DNA of 64,000 bases, from contig NC_057725.1 in NCBI RefSeq assembly GCF_004010195.1, positions 30,165,871 to 30,229,870 on the forward strand. Reading direction: 5' to 3'. This document shows positions 53,801 through 64,000 of this stretch, in pieces; positions within the stretch are counted from its first letter, which is position 1, and every line of letters starts with the position of its first letter. This stretch comes from Chiloscyllium plagiosum. Its lineage: Eukaryota. Below the pieces are notes generated by a model. The model worked only from the letters and a program-made list of their open reading frames with translations, had not been told where the DNA came from and did not search any database. The translations under genes and the position numbers were made by a program.

Positions 53801-54230
53801 TCAAGGGGTCTGAGTAGTCTGGCAGTCATTTCCGAGATGTCTTTGACATAGGGAAGAGTGGCTAGGGTTTCTAGACGTTTTTTGTCTGCTTGTTTGCAGA
53901 CACATTGAGTTAGACCCCATCTAACACTCCCTGAGAAAAAGGACAGGAAGTGACTTCACCACAGGAAATAACATCACCACAGGAAATTACAGCACCAATC
54001 CAAAGAAACCCAAACATATAAATAGAAGGCAGGAATTTTCAGCATTGCTTCGCCTGAGGCCCACTGAAAATGTTACCTAGTAGGATAACGAAATGTCCGG
54101 AAATGAACCTTCCAGCTCAGCAAGCAAACCTACACCCAAAACTATCAGCAGGTGCTTCCTAAACAACCTCTACATTTCTGTCGTGCATTTCCCTGAGAAT
54201 ATTTGTTCCCAATTTTATGGTTCCTGACCA
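50815..54230 (-). mobile_element. CR1 LINE ORF2 remnant interrupted by a SINE-like insert (~52295-52625) and a Penelope element
   Basis: RSCLTNFIQFFE..AVDVVYMDFSDAFDKV; LQLYKSLVRSHLEYCVQFW; PGPDGINPRLL. Confidence 0.9.
53202..54140 (-). mobile_element. Penelope-like element (GIY-YIG) with inverted terminal copy
   Basis: KTNIIYKI..DCNKHYIGETGRKLAIRIHEH; ~53235-53460 is rc of ~53897-54140; TSD actatcagtaggt / actatcagcaggt (53189-53201, 54141-54153). Confidence 0.9.
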
Positions 54231-54264
54231 TAAAAATAGTCGCAGGTAGACAGGATAATAAAGG

Positions 54265-54600
54265 CTGAAGTGGGTACTGCAGATGCTGGAAATCAGAGTC
54301 TAGAGTGGTGCTGGAAAAGCACAGAAAGTAAGCAGCATCAGAGGAGCAGGAAAATCGACATTTTGGGCAAAAGCCCTTCATCAGGAATGAAGGCAGGGGA
54401 CCTCCAGGGTGGAGAGATAAATGGGAGACGGTGGGGCTGGGGAAAAGGTAGCCAAGAGTACAATAGGTGGATGGAAGTGGGGATGATGGTGATAGGTCAG
54501 AGAGGAGGATGGAGCAGATAAGTGGGAAGATTGGCAGGTAGGACAGTCTTGAGGATGGTGCTGAGCTGGAAGGTTGAAAGTGGGGTAAGGTGGGAGGAGG
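54265..54600 (-). mobile_element. Penelope-type 3' terminal region
   Basis: rc CATTCCTGATGAAGGGCTTTTGCCC..GATGCTGC..TTTTCCAGCACCAC..CAGCATCTGCAG. Confidence 0.75.
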
Positions 54601-54602
54601 GG

Positions 54603-55456
54603 TTCCTTTATTGGTCAGAGCATTGAGTATCGGAGTTGGGAGGTTATGTTGTGCCTGTACAGGACATTGGTTAGGCCACTTTTGGAATATTGTGTGCACT
54701 TCTGATCTCCCTCCAATTGGAAGGATGTTGTGAAACTTGAAAGGGTTCAGAAAAGATTTGCAAGGATGTTGCCAAGATTGGAGGGTTTGGCCTATTGGAA
54801 GAGGCTGACTAGGCTGGGGCTGTTTTCCCTGGAACGTCGGAGGCTGAACGGTGACCTTACAGAGGTTTATAAAATCACGAGGGGCATGGAGAGGGTAAAT
54901 AGACAAGATCTTTGACGAGAAAGTGAGGTCTGCAGATGCTGGAGATCAGAGCTGAAAATGTGTTGCTGGAAAAGCGCAGCAGGTCAGGCAGCATCCAGGG
55001 AACAGGAGAATCGACGTTTCGGGCATAAGCACTTCTTCAGGTTTCCTGAAGGGCTTATGCCCGAAACGTCGATTCTCCTGTTCCCTGGATGCTGCCTGAC
55101 CTGCTGCGCTTTTCCAGCAACACATTTTCAGCTCTAAATATACAAGATCCTTGCCCTGGGATGGGGGGTGGGGAGTCCAGAATTAGAGGCATAGGTTTAG
55201 GGTGAGAGGGGAAAAATTTAAAGGGTCAACTTTTTCATGCAGAGGGTGATGTGTGTATGGAATGAGCTGCCAGAGGAAGTGGTGGAGGCTGGTACAATTA
55301 CAACATTTGAAAGGCAGCTGGATGGGTATATGAATAGGAAGGGTTGAGAGGGATATGGGCCAATGTGCTAGCAAATGGTATTAGATTAGGTCAGAATATC
55401 TGGTTAGCATGACGAGTTGGACCAAAGGCTGTTTCCATGTTGTACATCTCTATGAC
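54603..55456 (+). mobile_element. CR1 3' fragment interrupted by a fold-back insertion
   Basis: KLERVQKRFARMLP..LGLFSLERRRLNGDL; CR1 tail ctctatgact. Confidence 0.88.
54915..55134. mobile_element. 220-bp fold-back Penelope-type insertion
   Basis: Arms 54948-55041 and 55045-55135 are near-perfect reverse complements; TSD taaatagacaagatctttg / taaatatacaagatccttg (17/19). Confidence 0.9.
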
Positions 55457-57485
55457 TAACAAATATTGTGTGTTTGGGAAACAGGACCTGTTTCCAATGA
55501 GAGGTGATCTCACTGAAATCAATAAAATACTTGATTTTTTTTTTAAAAACTCAAAAATGTGCAGAATCTTTGATATACCCTGCCTAGAGAGCTGTGGAAT
55601 TTCAGACAGCGTATAAGTTGAGAGATTTCTAAATACCAATGATATAAAGGATCATGAGGGAACCTTTTTGTTTAAAACAGTGGTTTGTTTGTGAAATGAA
55701 CTGCCAGGGAAAGTGGTGGATGCAGGTACAGTTTCAAGACATTTGGATCAGCTGATTGGAGGATTTGTCATACCTATCAAGGTGTCAGCTGCAGTGTATT
55801 TGACATTTGGCGAGGTTCATGAGTAGAAAAGGTTTGGAAGGATATGGACCAAATGCAACATGGTTGGCATTGAGTGGATATTGAATGGCACAGTACACTG
55901 AATGGGCTGAAGGACCTACTCCTGCTTTTATGTATTCATAGTTTGGCTCAAGGTAATGAATGGTCCACTGTTCCTACGTTAGAGCAGGGAAATGGGGTTG
56001 ACTAGGTTTCATGGAGAGCAAGCATGAACATGATGGGCCAAATAATCTCCTACTTTAACTGACCATGTCACAGCCAATCCATACCTCAACTCTATTTACC
56101 CGACCAGATCAGGTTAAGGTCAGATGTATCTCACTGAAGTAGAATTTGCAATCTCTTGTCAACTTCACCCCACCTCTGAAGTGCAAAAATATCTAGTCCT
56201 ACAGACAGACAGCCAGCCTGGTGAACGAGATGAGGTATTTGCTTCAAACGGCTTTATTTAAATTAACTCAAACTGCATGACACAGTAAATAATCATCATC
56301 CGCTTTAACATGTAGAGGGTACTCGATTTTCTCATTACCAGTAACTTGGTTTACAATGAAGGGTCATTCCATGGCTGTGACAAGTTTGCTGCAACTTCGG
56401 CACCAGAGTGACTCTGGACTACTCTGTGCCGGGTTTCTTCTGATTAGAAGCCAGTAGAAAAACAAGCTACCTCTCCTAACAAAAGCAAAATACTGCAAAT
56501 GCAGGAAGAAGAGTCATACTGTACTTGAAATGTTCACTGTTTCTCCCTCCACAGATGCTGCCAGGCTTTCCCCAGCACTTGTTACTTGCCCTTAAAAGGT
56601 ACTTCATTAATTATACACTTTGGACCATCCAGAGGTACCTTTTGGAAGTGTAGTCATGGTTGAAATGTGACAGCCAACATATGCCTAGTAAGTTACCACA
56701 AATATCAATGCAGTAATTGCCAGATCACTTTCTTTTTAAAATATTGTTGATTGAGGCATAAACATTAGTCAGATAGCCAAGGAGAACCTCCCTGCTTTTC
56801 TTTTACATAGTTTTTACATCTATCCCATGGGATAGACAGGGCTTTGGTTTACCATTTACAAAAACAGCACTTTAGACAATGTGATACTCCGTCAGTACTA
56901 TGCTGGAGTATCAGCTAACATTATGGAACTTGAACTACAACCTTCTGAATCAGGAGATGATTGTGCTATCTACTGAGCCATGTTTAACAGTAATAGAATA
57001 CAGAACAAGGAGTCTCAAACACTGACCACAAGCGTGGCTGAATACCCAGGAAAATAGCAAGGGTCTAAGAATGCTAGATCAAAATTAAGTTATTGTTGAT
57101 AATGAATTTCCATGGCTTATTTGCATCTGACATTGTGGTGGAGTTTGATGTGATTTTGGTTACGGTGTTTCCCTAAGACACAAATCCATATTGAACTGGT
57201 TCAAATGAACTGCCTGTTACATTTCCTGCACTGCAGTCACGAGGAATAAAGCCAATGGAACCAAACATTACTAGATAATGTAACAATGAGACAGAGGTGA
57301 TTGTCCAACACATTTTGTATGTAAAGAATAAGTTAATCAAAATGGTACCAATTTCCACCAATAACACACAAAATTCTTAATGCTTCCAAGCCAATGAAAA
57401 AACCTTGATAATGAAACAAAACTTCACTTGACAGCTTGATGCCATCGGGTCACCAACAGCACATGCAATAGTTTTTAAACTTAAA

Positions 57486-57701
57486 TTAGTTATGCCTGAA
57501 AAGTTTAATCCCCATCCAGCTCCATAGGTGAAAGAATACATAAACTGGGATGGTAATGGGAAGTAGTAGGCTGTAGAAACACAAGCTGGCCATACTAGTA
57601 CAGCCCTGTGGAAAATCCTTGTCAAATGTAGCTGAGTACAACAACCCAGCTAATGAGAACAGGGGAACCAGCACTGTGAGAGTTGACAGGTGGATTGTCA
57701 T
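57486..57701 (-). CDS. PIGY: Phosphatidylinositol N-acetylglucosaminyltransferase subunit Y (71 aa)
   Basis: MTIHLSTLTVLVPLFSLAGLLYSATFDKDFPQGCTSMASLCFYSLLLPITIPVYVFFHLWSWMGIKLFRHN: same length and near-identical C-terminus to recalled human PIGY; two hydrophobic segments; A at -3. Confidence 0.96.
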   Translation of the reverse strand: MTIHLSTLTVLVPLFSLAGLLYSATFDKDFPQGCTSMASLCFYSLLLPITIPVYVFFHLWSWMGIKLFRHN

Positions 57702-57779
57702 TATATCAGTGTACTAGATAAACCCTCTCCCTTAAAAAATCTCAACTTCCAGATATTCCAGGAGCAATGTGTGATCCTT

Positions 57780-57930
57780 TTACTGCTGTGAAAGCTCTTC
57801 CTCCTTGGGTCTGTCTTCATTCTTCCGAATTAACTTTGCATCCTGAGGGATCATGTTGGGAACTCCATCAACAACAGGATAGGCTATTCCCAACTCGTCA
57901 TTGATCAGCTGATTGGAGGATTCGTCGTAC
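57780..57930 (-). CDS. PYURF: PYURF/PreY exon 2 (Trm112-like domain C-terminal half)
   Basis: Acceptor tttatAG; (R)YDESSNQLINDELGIAYPVVDGVPNMIPQDAKLIRKNEDRPKEEELSQQ*. Confidence 0.93.
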
Positions 57931-58799
57931 CTATAAACATGACAGAGAAAGAATATTAAAACTGCAGTTCATTCAAAATGTGTTGGAACTGGAGTCTGCC
58001 CTTTTAATCTGAATGAAAATTATTAAGAGCTGAAAATGAACAGATCAATATTGTTTTTCAAAAGGGATTGATTCTCAAAACATTTCAAATTTTCAGAGAT
58101 GGAAAGACAAGAGAACACTTCTACATTTACAGAGTTTCTTTCACAAGCCGAAGAAACCTGAAACTGTGACATGCATTACACACATGATTATCAAGTGTTG
58201 TGGCTGAGGGACAGTGGAGAACACTACCTGGTTCTTGTTCAAAATTGTGGCTGTGGGATCTTTGTTCATTCACTTCAGAGGACACTTTGATAATTGTTGG
58301 ATTTAAAAGGTGAAACACAGCTAATTAGTCAAGTCAGAAAGAAAATAGCTAAAAATAAATGTGGGGCAATAAAAATATCAATTTTGTTGTTAAATTCAAA
58401 CTCTTTTGGTAGAGATCAGTGTTGACCTACTAAACAAACCAACTTTTCTGGTTGACTTGCTGTTTGACTGTATTTCCATTCTTCTCCCTACACTTCCCTG
58501 AAGATGTTTCACTTTCAATGGGCCTTAGACTTTGTAAGGCAATTTACATGGGTACCTTGAAAGCAAATACCAAAGTATTTGACCAAAGTATTTGAAAGGT
58601 ATTGCAGTCAAGACACTCAGACACTAATTGTTCCAGATGAAGAATCCGTGAATAGTTTCATCCCTCTTTTCTAATCAAATAGCATTTAAGTCAATTGTAT
58701 AATAGTTCCAAACATCTAAAATGCACAAAGAACAACCAGAAAGCCCTTCGTGCCCTGCCTACAGCATTTAACTGCTGCTTTATTGGCAATACTTCCAAA

Positions 58800-59262
58800 G
58801 GAGGATGTTGCCAGGGTTGGAGGGTTTGAACTATAGGATGAGGCTGAATAGGCTGGGGCTGTTTTCCCTAGAGCATCCAAGACTGAGGGTAACCTTATGG
58901 AGGTTTATAAAATCATGAGGGACATGGACATGGTTAAATAGACAATGTCTTTTCCCTTGAGTGGGTGAGCCAAGAATCACATGGTATAGGTTTAGCGAGA
59001 GAGGGGCAAGATTTAAAAGGGACCTAAGGGGCACCTTTTTCAAGCAAAGGGTGGTGCATGTTTGGAATGAGCTGTCAGAGGAAGTGGAGGAGGCGAGTAC
59101 AATTACAGCATTTAAAAGGCATCTGGATGGGTATATGAAGAGGAAAGGTTAGAAGGATATGGGCCAAGTGCTGGCAAATGGAACTAGATTAATTTACAAT
59201 ATCTGGTCAGCATGGACGAGTTGGATCGAAGGGGGTGTTTCCAAGCTGTACACGTCTATGAC
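58800..59262 (+). mobile_element. CR1 3' fragment in the PYURF intron
   Basis: RFKRDLRGTFFKQRVVHVWNEL..FKRHLDGYM. Confidence 0.85.
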
Positions 59263-59951
59263 ATCCGGCTTTCTGTCCATTGATCAGTCTGCTAACAACC
59301 TATAATTTAGGGAGCATACACATCTCAAAATCAGGAAATCACGTGTTTGGAGTTTCACTGCAGAGACCTGAATCTAAAAGTCTAGGCAGATACACTTGCT
59401 ACAGTACAAATGGAACTTGGCACTGTCTGAGGATAGGCAAAAGAGAGGACTGCAGATACTAGAAACCAGAGTTTAGATCAGAGTGGTGCTGGAAAAGCAG
59501 GAGCAGGAAATCATGAGGATAGGAGATCAGTAAGGTAGGAACACTACTTTTTCAAAAAATTGGAGGAGAGTTCTTTGATATTCATCACAAAAAAAGGATT
59601 CTGGTCTGTATCACGTTCATATGTGCATCTTTGTACATCACAGTGAAAATGTATTTCCTCCATTACTTGTAAAACATCTTAATATATCTAGTAGTAATGA
59701 AAGGCACTATATAAATATTAGTTGTTTCCATTATTTTTAGAAAATGTTTTGTGTTTGTATTGAACAGTTGAAACAACATCTAGCTTCAGAAACACAACAA
59801 CCGCACAGAGCTGATGAGGAGAGCATTCAGACGATCCAGAATGTGCTAGCAATTCTGAACAGCAATCTCGTCATTTACAGCGACCGACTTTCCGGTTCCT
59901 AGCCACAGGGTCTCCCCTGCTCTAGTCTCTGACCTTCCCCCGAGGACGAAC

Positions 59952-60124
59952 CTGAGCTGTTTTCTGGACAGGGGACACACCAAGTACGAGAGGAGGGTCG
60001 GGTCCAGATTAGCTTTCCTGTCTCCACCCCCCGTCACCGAGTCTCCTGACAGCCTGACCCGGGAGAGATGCAGCAGCCTCCGGGCCGCTCCCCGGATCTC
60101 GGTCCCGTGTACAACCCGAAACAT
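59952..60124 (-). CDS. PYURF: PYURF/PreY exon 1 (mitochondrial presequence plus Trm112-like start); spliced protein 107 aa
   Basis: MFRVVHGTEIRGAARRLLHLSRVRLS..LDPTLLSYLVCPLSRKQL; donor AG|GTTCGT phase 2 joins exon 2 to give AGG (R). Confidence 0.93.
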
Positions 60125-60149
60125 TCCCACCCGAAATTACAGCCTCACC

Positions 60150-60215
60150 TCCAACACTTCCGCTTCCGCATCCGGGCTACAGCGAAAGCCCCGCCCCTTT
60201 ACCCCCCTCCCCCAT
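60150..60215 (-). promoter_or_regulatory. PYURF-PIGY housekeeping promoter
   Basis: Tandem ETS/GABP motifs CGGAAGCGGAAGT (rc, ~60156-60168) and GC box GCCCCGCCCC (~60188) in a CpG-rich stretch. Confidence 0.7.
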
Positions 60216-61554
60216 TTAAAGGGACAAGCTTTGCTATAATTTTTAAAACTCACTTACCATCTGGAACATGCAGCTCCAGAAATTGAACAAATAAATGCCG
60301 AATCAATTAAAAGTGCCATTAAATACCAAACTGCAGCAAAATCTATGTTGTACAGTCTGTGCTGCAGACATCCTGCTCTCCCTCCTTTCAACTGCATCAG
60401 ATTTGTCACCACCTCTAACACTGAATGATCAGACATTTCTTCCCAAACCACTTTGGAAGGACAGACACCACTATCTTCAATCTGTGTCTCACATTCTGCT
60501 TTCTGATTTTTAAGCCTGTCTGTAGCCAATGCCATTTGATCCCATGATTATCCTCCATCAGCTTGACAACCAAGACTTCATTCACTATGCTCACTGCCAT
60601 CATTGCACCTGTCTCCGTTCTTCTGTTGCACTAATCGTGCCTTTTTATCGAGGCTTGATTATCTCAACACAACCCTGTCTGGTCTGCCAGCTTACACCCT
60701 CAATATAACTAGAGTTCAGCATTCAAAATTCCACTGTTCATATCCTAACTCACATCAATCTTGATAAAATCCCCAACCCTGGTTCCTCCTGACTACATTG
60801 AGCCACAGTCTGGCACACCTCAAACTTATAATGGTCACCCTTGTTTTCAGATTCTCACTCTTCCCTATCTCTTGCAATTTCCTTCAGCCCTAAAATACAT
60901 CAAGAGCTCAGGATTTCTCCAAGTCTGACCTCTTGAGCATCTTTGACTTAAATTGCTACACCATTCATGGCAGAGCCTTTCACTTGCCTGAATCCTAAGG
61001 ACTGGAATTCTCTACTTTTTTGTCTCTTCCACTCTCAGCTTTATAAACTGTTTGAAATGATCTCTTTAACCAAACCTTTGGTCATCTACCCTCATTAGCT
61101 GTGGGTCAACAATGGCTTGGTAGGGACGGACACTTGCTTCAACATCACAAGATCAAATTATCTGGTCATTGACACATTCATTTTTAAGGGATTTTTTCCA
61201 TGATCAAATTTCTGTGTTTGCAATGCTAAAATGGACACTACACAACAAAAATAACTAATTGGCTGTAAAGCAGCACTTTAAGATGTCCCATGCTTGTGAA
61301 AAGAACGATATAAGTACAAATTTATTTTATTAATTCTTGGTCTGTGAGTGTCAGTGGTAAAGCCAGCAATTGTTACCTACTCCTAATTGCCCTTGAACTG
61401 AATGGCTTGCTCAGCCATTTCAGACTGCAGTTAAGAGTAAACCACATCTGGAGTCACATGTAGGTCGGACTACATAATGACAGCAGAATTACCTCTTCAA
61501 AAGGGAATTAATGAATTGAATGGGTTTTACAAGTGAGATGATATCCCCTTCACT

Positions 61555-62052
61555 CCCCTAGATGGATGTAGCTTCAATAAAACACAAAACCTCAACACCA
61601 TCCAGGACAAAGCAATTCGTTTGATTGGCACCTCAATCTCCACCTTCAATATTCATTCCCATCACCATTAATACACAGAGGCAGCAGTGTGCACAATCTG
61701 CAGAATACACTGTAGTGATTCACAAATGGTCCTTTGTCAGCCCCTTCCAAACCTGTGACCATTTCCATCTAGAAGGACAAAGGTAATACATACATGGGAA
61801 CACCACCACCTGCAAGTTCCCCTCGAAGTCACTCACCATCCTGGCTTGGAAATATATTGCCATTCCTTCATCATCGCTGGGTCAATATCCTGGGTCAACC
61901 TCTCTTCCTAGCAGCGCTGTATATTTTGCTACCTGCCAAGGACTGCAGCAGTTTAAGAATGTGACTCAAGACCATCTTCTGCAGGGCAATTAGGGATAGG
62001 CAGTTAATGAAGGCTTAGCCAATGACACCGATATCTCATGAATGAATAAAGA
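61555..62052 (+). mobile_element. CR1/L2-group 3' fragment
   Basis: Same family as 34400-34850 (catccaggacaaagca.., cttggaaatatattgc). Confidence 0.7.
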
Positions 62053-62854
62053 AAGTACATAGTGAGTTGAACATAAAATTATACAAAGGCCCTTCACTTC
62101 AGCATTATAAAACAAAGCATGCTAATGACTCATAGAAGGGGTGGTGATGTAGTGGTGGTACTAAACCAGTGATCCAGAGGTCCAAGCAGTTCTCGGGAAA
62201 TGGGTTTGAATTCCACTGTTGAAAACGATGAGATCTGAATTCAATAGCATCTCAAATTAAAAAGTAATCTAGTGGTGACTATGTAACCATTCTTCTCAAA
62301 ATGAATCTGGTTCACTAATCTCCTTTAGGGAAGGAAATCTGCCATTGTTACCTGGTCTGGCCGATATGTGACTCCAGACCCGCAAAGATGCAAGGGGATG
62401 TAGTTGACACTTAACTATGCTCTGAAATAGCCTAGAAAATCAATCAGTTCAATGGAAACCAAGGATGGGCAGAAACAGTAATACTCACATTCCAGAATTT
62501 AAAAATGGAGATATTAGGTAAAATAACTAAAATCTTCACATAAAAGTGTTTGGGATACATATGTGATACTATAGTATGACCTGGGGGCTTCCATGGCCAT
62601 GTAACTCTACAAGGCAACATGCTTTGCAAGTGTCCATCTTAAAGGCCGAAAAATACATTCAGTATATGAGGCAGACTCTTAATCTATGAGTTTTTAACGT
62701 GGTGTTGGACGGGACTGAGATTAATTTTTGAAGAGCTATATAGAAGTACAGCGACTAAAAGAACATACAAATATTAAGAGCTACTGAATGCCACAGGGTG
62801 AAAAAACAAAAGCAAGATAAATCTGAAAGCCCTGGGTTAGACACAAGGGCTGCA

Positions 62855-63354
62855 NNNNNNNNNNNNNNNNNNNNNNNNNNNNNNNNNNNNNNNNNNNNNN
62901 NNNNNNNNNNNNNNNNNNNNNNNNNNNNNNNNNNNNNNNNNNNNNNNNNNNNNNNNNNNNNNNNNNNNNNNNNNNNNNNNNNNNNNNNNNNNNNNNNNNN
63001 NNNNNNNNNNNNNNNNNNNNNNNNNNNNNNNNNNNNNNNNNNNNNNNNNNNNNNNNNNNNNNNNNNNNNNNNNNNNNNNNNNNNNNNNNNNNNNNNNNNN
63101 NNNNNNNNNNNNNNNNNNNNNNNNNNNNNNNNNNNNNNNNNNNNNNNNNNNNNNNNNNNNNNNNNNNNNNNNNNNNNNNNNNNNNNNNNNNNNNNNNNNN
63201 NNNNNNNNNNNNNNNNNNNNNNNNNNNNNNNNNNNNNNNNNNNNNNNNNNNNNNNNNNNNNNNNNNNNNNNNNNNNNNNNNNNNNNNNNNNNNNNNNNNN
63301 NNNNNNNNNNNNNNNNNNNNNNNNNNNNNNNNNNNNNNNNNNNNNNNNNNNNNN
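62855..63354. other. Assembly gap (500 N)
   Basis: Run of N; round length suggests a scaffolding placeholder. Confidence 0.99.
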
Positions 63355-63399
63355 TATGTGGAGTAGGCACCAAATTCAGAAATAGACCCACAAAGCTCA

Positions 63400-64000
63400 G
63401 AGTCTGTGCATCATCATCTGAATCGCACGCAAACTGTTAGACGCAAATCAGACTACAGAGATAAATGTGGCTTAAAAGCCTTCTGTGGGAGAAGTGAACT
63501 CTGGTTTGTGGGGCTCTGGCATCAGTACTGGGGAAAATGGAATCTATACTGCTGGAACAGTCTTTATCTGAACGATACTGGGGCCAGTGATCTTGCCAAA
63601 TGCCTAACCGGGGAAGTAGAAAGGATTTCAAACTAAATAGTGCGTGCAAGGGATCAAATTGGGAAAGATGGTGGTAAATGGGCGAAGAGTCAATTAGAAA
63701 GGTATTAATATGGGAACAGGAAGGGGTAGGGAGGACAAATCCAAGAGTCAACTGACAGATGAGACTAGAATTTATGAAAAGAGTAAATGGATAAAACTGA
63801 AAGTGTGTATCTAAATGGATGTAGCATTTGAAACTAAAACAGGGAAACTGAGGACATAAATAGAAATTAATATGCTTGATCTGGTTGCCATTGCAGAGTC
63901 AGGGCTGCAGGATGTCATGGATTTGGCCCTGATTTTGAAGGATATAGGACATTAAGGAATGAGAGGAAATCAAGAAAAGGTGGGGAGTGACTATGTTAGT
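63400..64000 (+). mobile_element. CR1 ORF1 esterase C-terminus and start of ORF2 endonuclease, degraded
   Basis: W..YWGKWNLYCWNSLYLNDTG resembles SGNH DGLHLN..G; YLNG.SI..DLVAIAES.L resembles APE N-terminus. Confidence 0.65.

Noticed and set aside
54145-54906. 253-aa - strand ORF
   Set aside because: Chimeric read-through of antisense CR1 and Penelope terminal sequence
59846-59951. C-terminal part of the 94-aa ORF
   Set aside because: Read-through into the PYURF intron past the GT donor
62798-63391. ORFs spanning X runs
   Set aside because: Artefacts of the 500-N gap

Overview
Eukaryotic, repeat-rich vertebrate DNA, most likely a cartilaginous fish (shark-type tRNA/V-SINEs with (TAATC)n tails, dense CR1 LINEs, Penelope-like elements). 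Most predicted ORFs are retroelement debris or spurious. I can support four host coding units. (1) The first coding exon of a USP47-like gene (- strand, 18558-18596) under a CpG-island promoter. (2) A spliced 555-aa low-complexity nuclear-type protein (+, 35326-35421 joined to 36200-37771) resembling fish 'phoenix', carrying CtBP (PLDLS) and LC8 (KGTQT) motifs. (3,4) PYURF (two exons, -) followed 78 nt downstream by a 71-aa PIGY ORF, i.e. the bicistronic PYURF-PIGY layout. The most striking non-gene signal is a dispersed set of minimal hammerhead-ribozyme cores in at least four sequence families. They sit in Penelope-type termini, several as short fold-back insertions with 13-19 bp target-site duplications. 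Also present: TA-flanked Tigger/pogo-like MITEs, an NRF1-motif array, a fold-back element, an RTE relic, a 32-bp ectopic copy of the PYURF exon-2 junction, and a 500-N gap. Gene and family names come from recalled sequences, not database searches; repeat boundaries are approximate.
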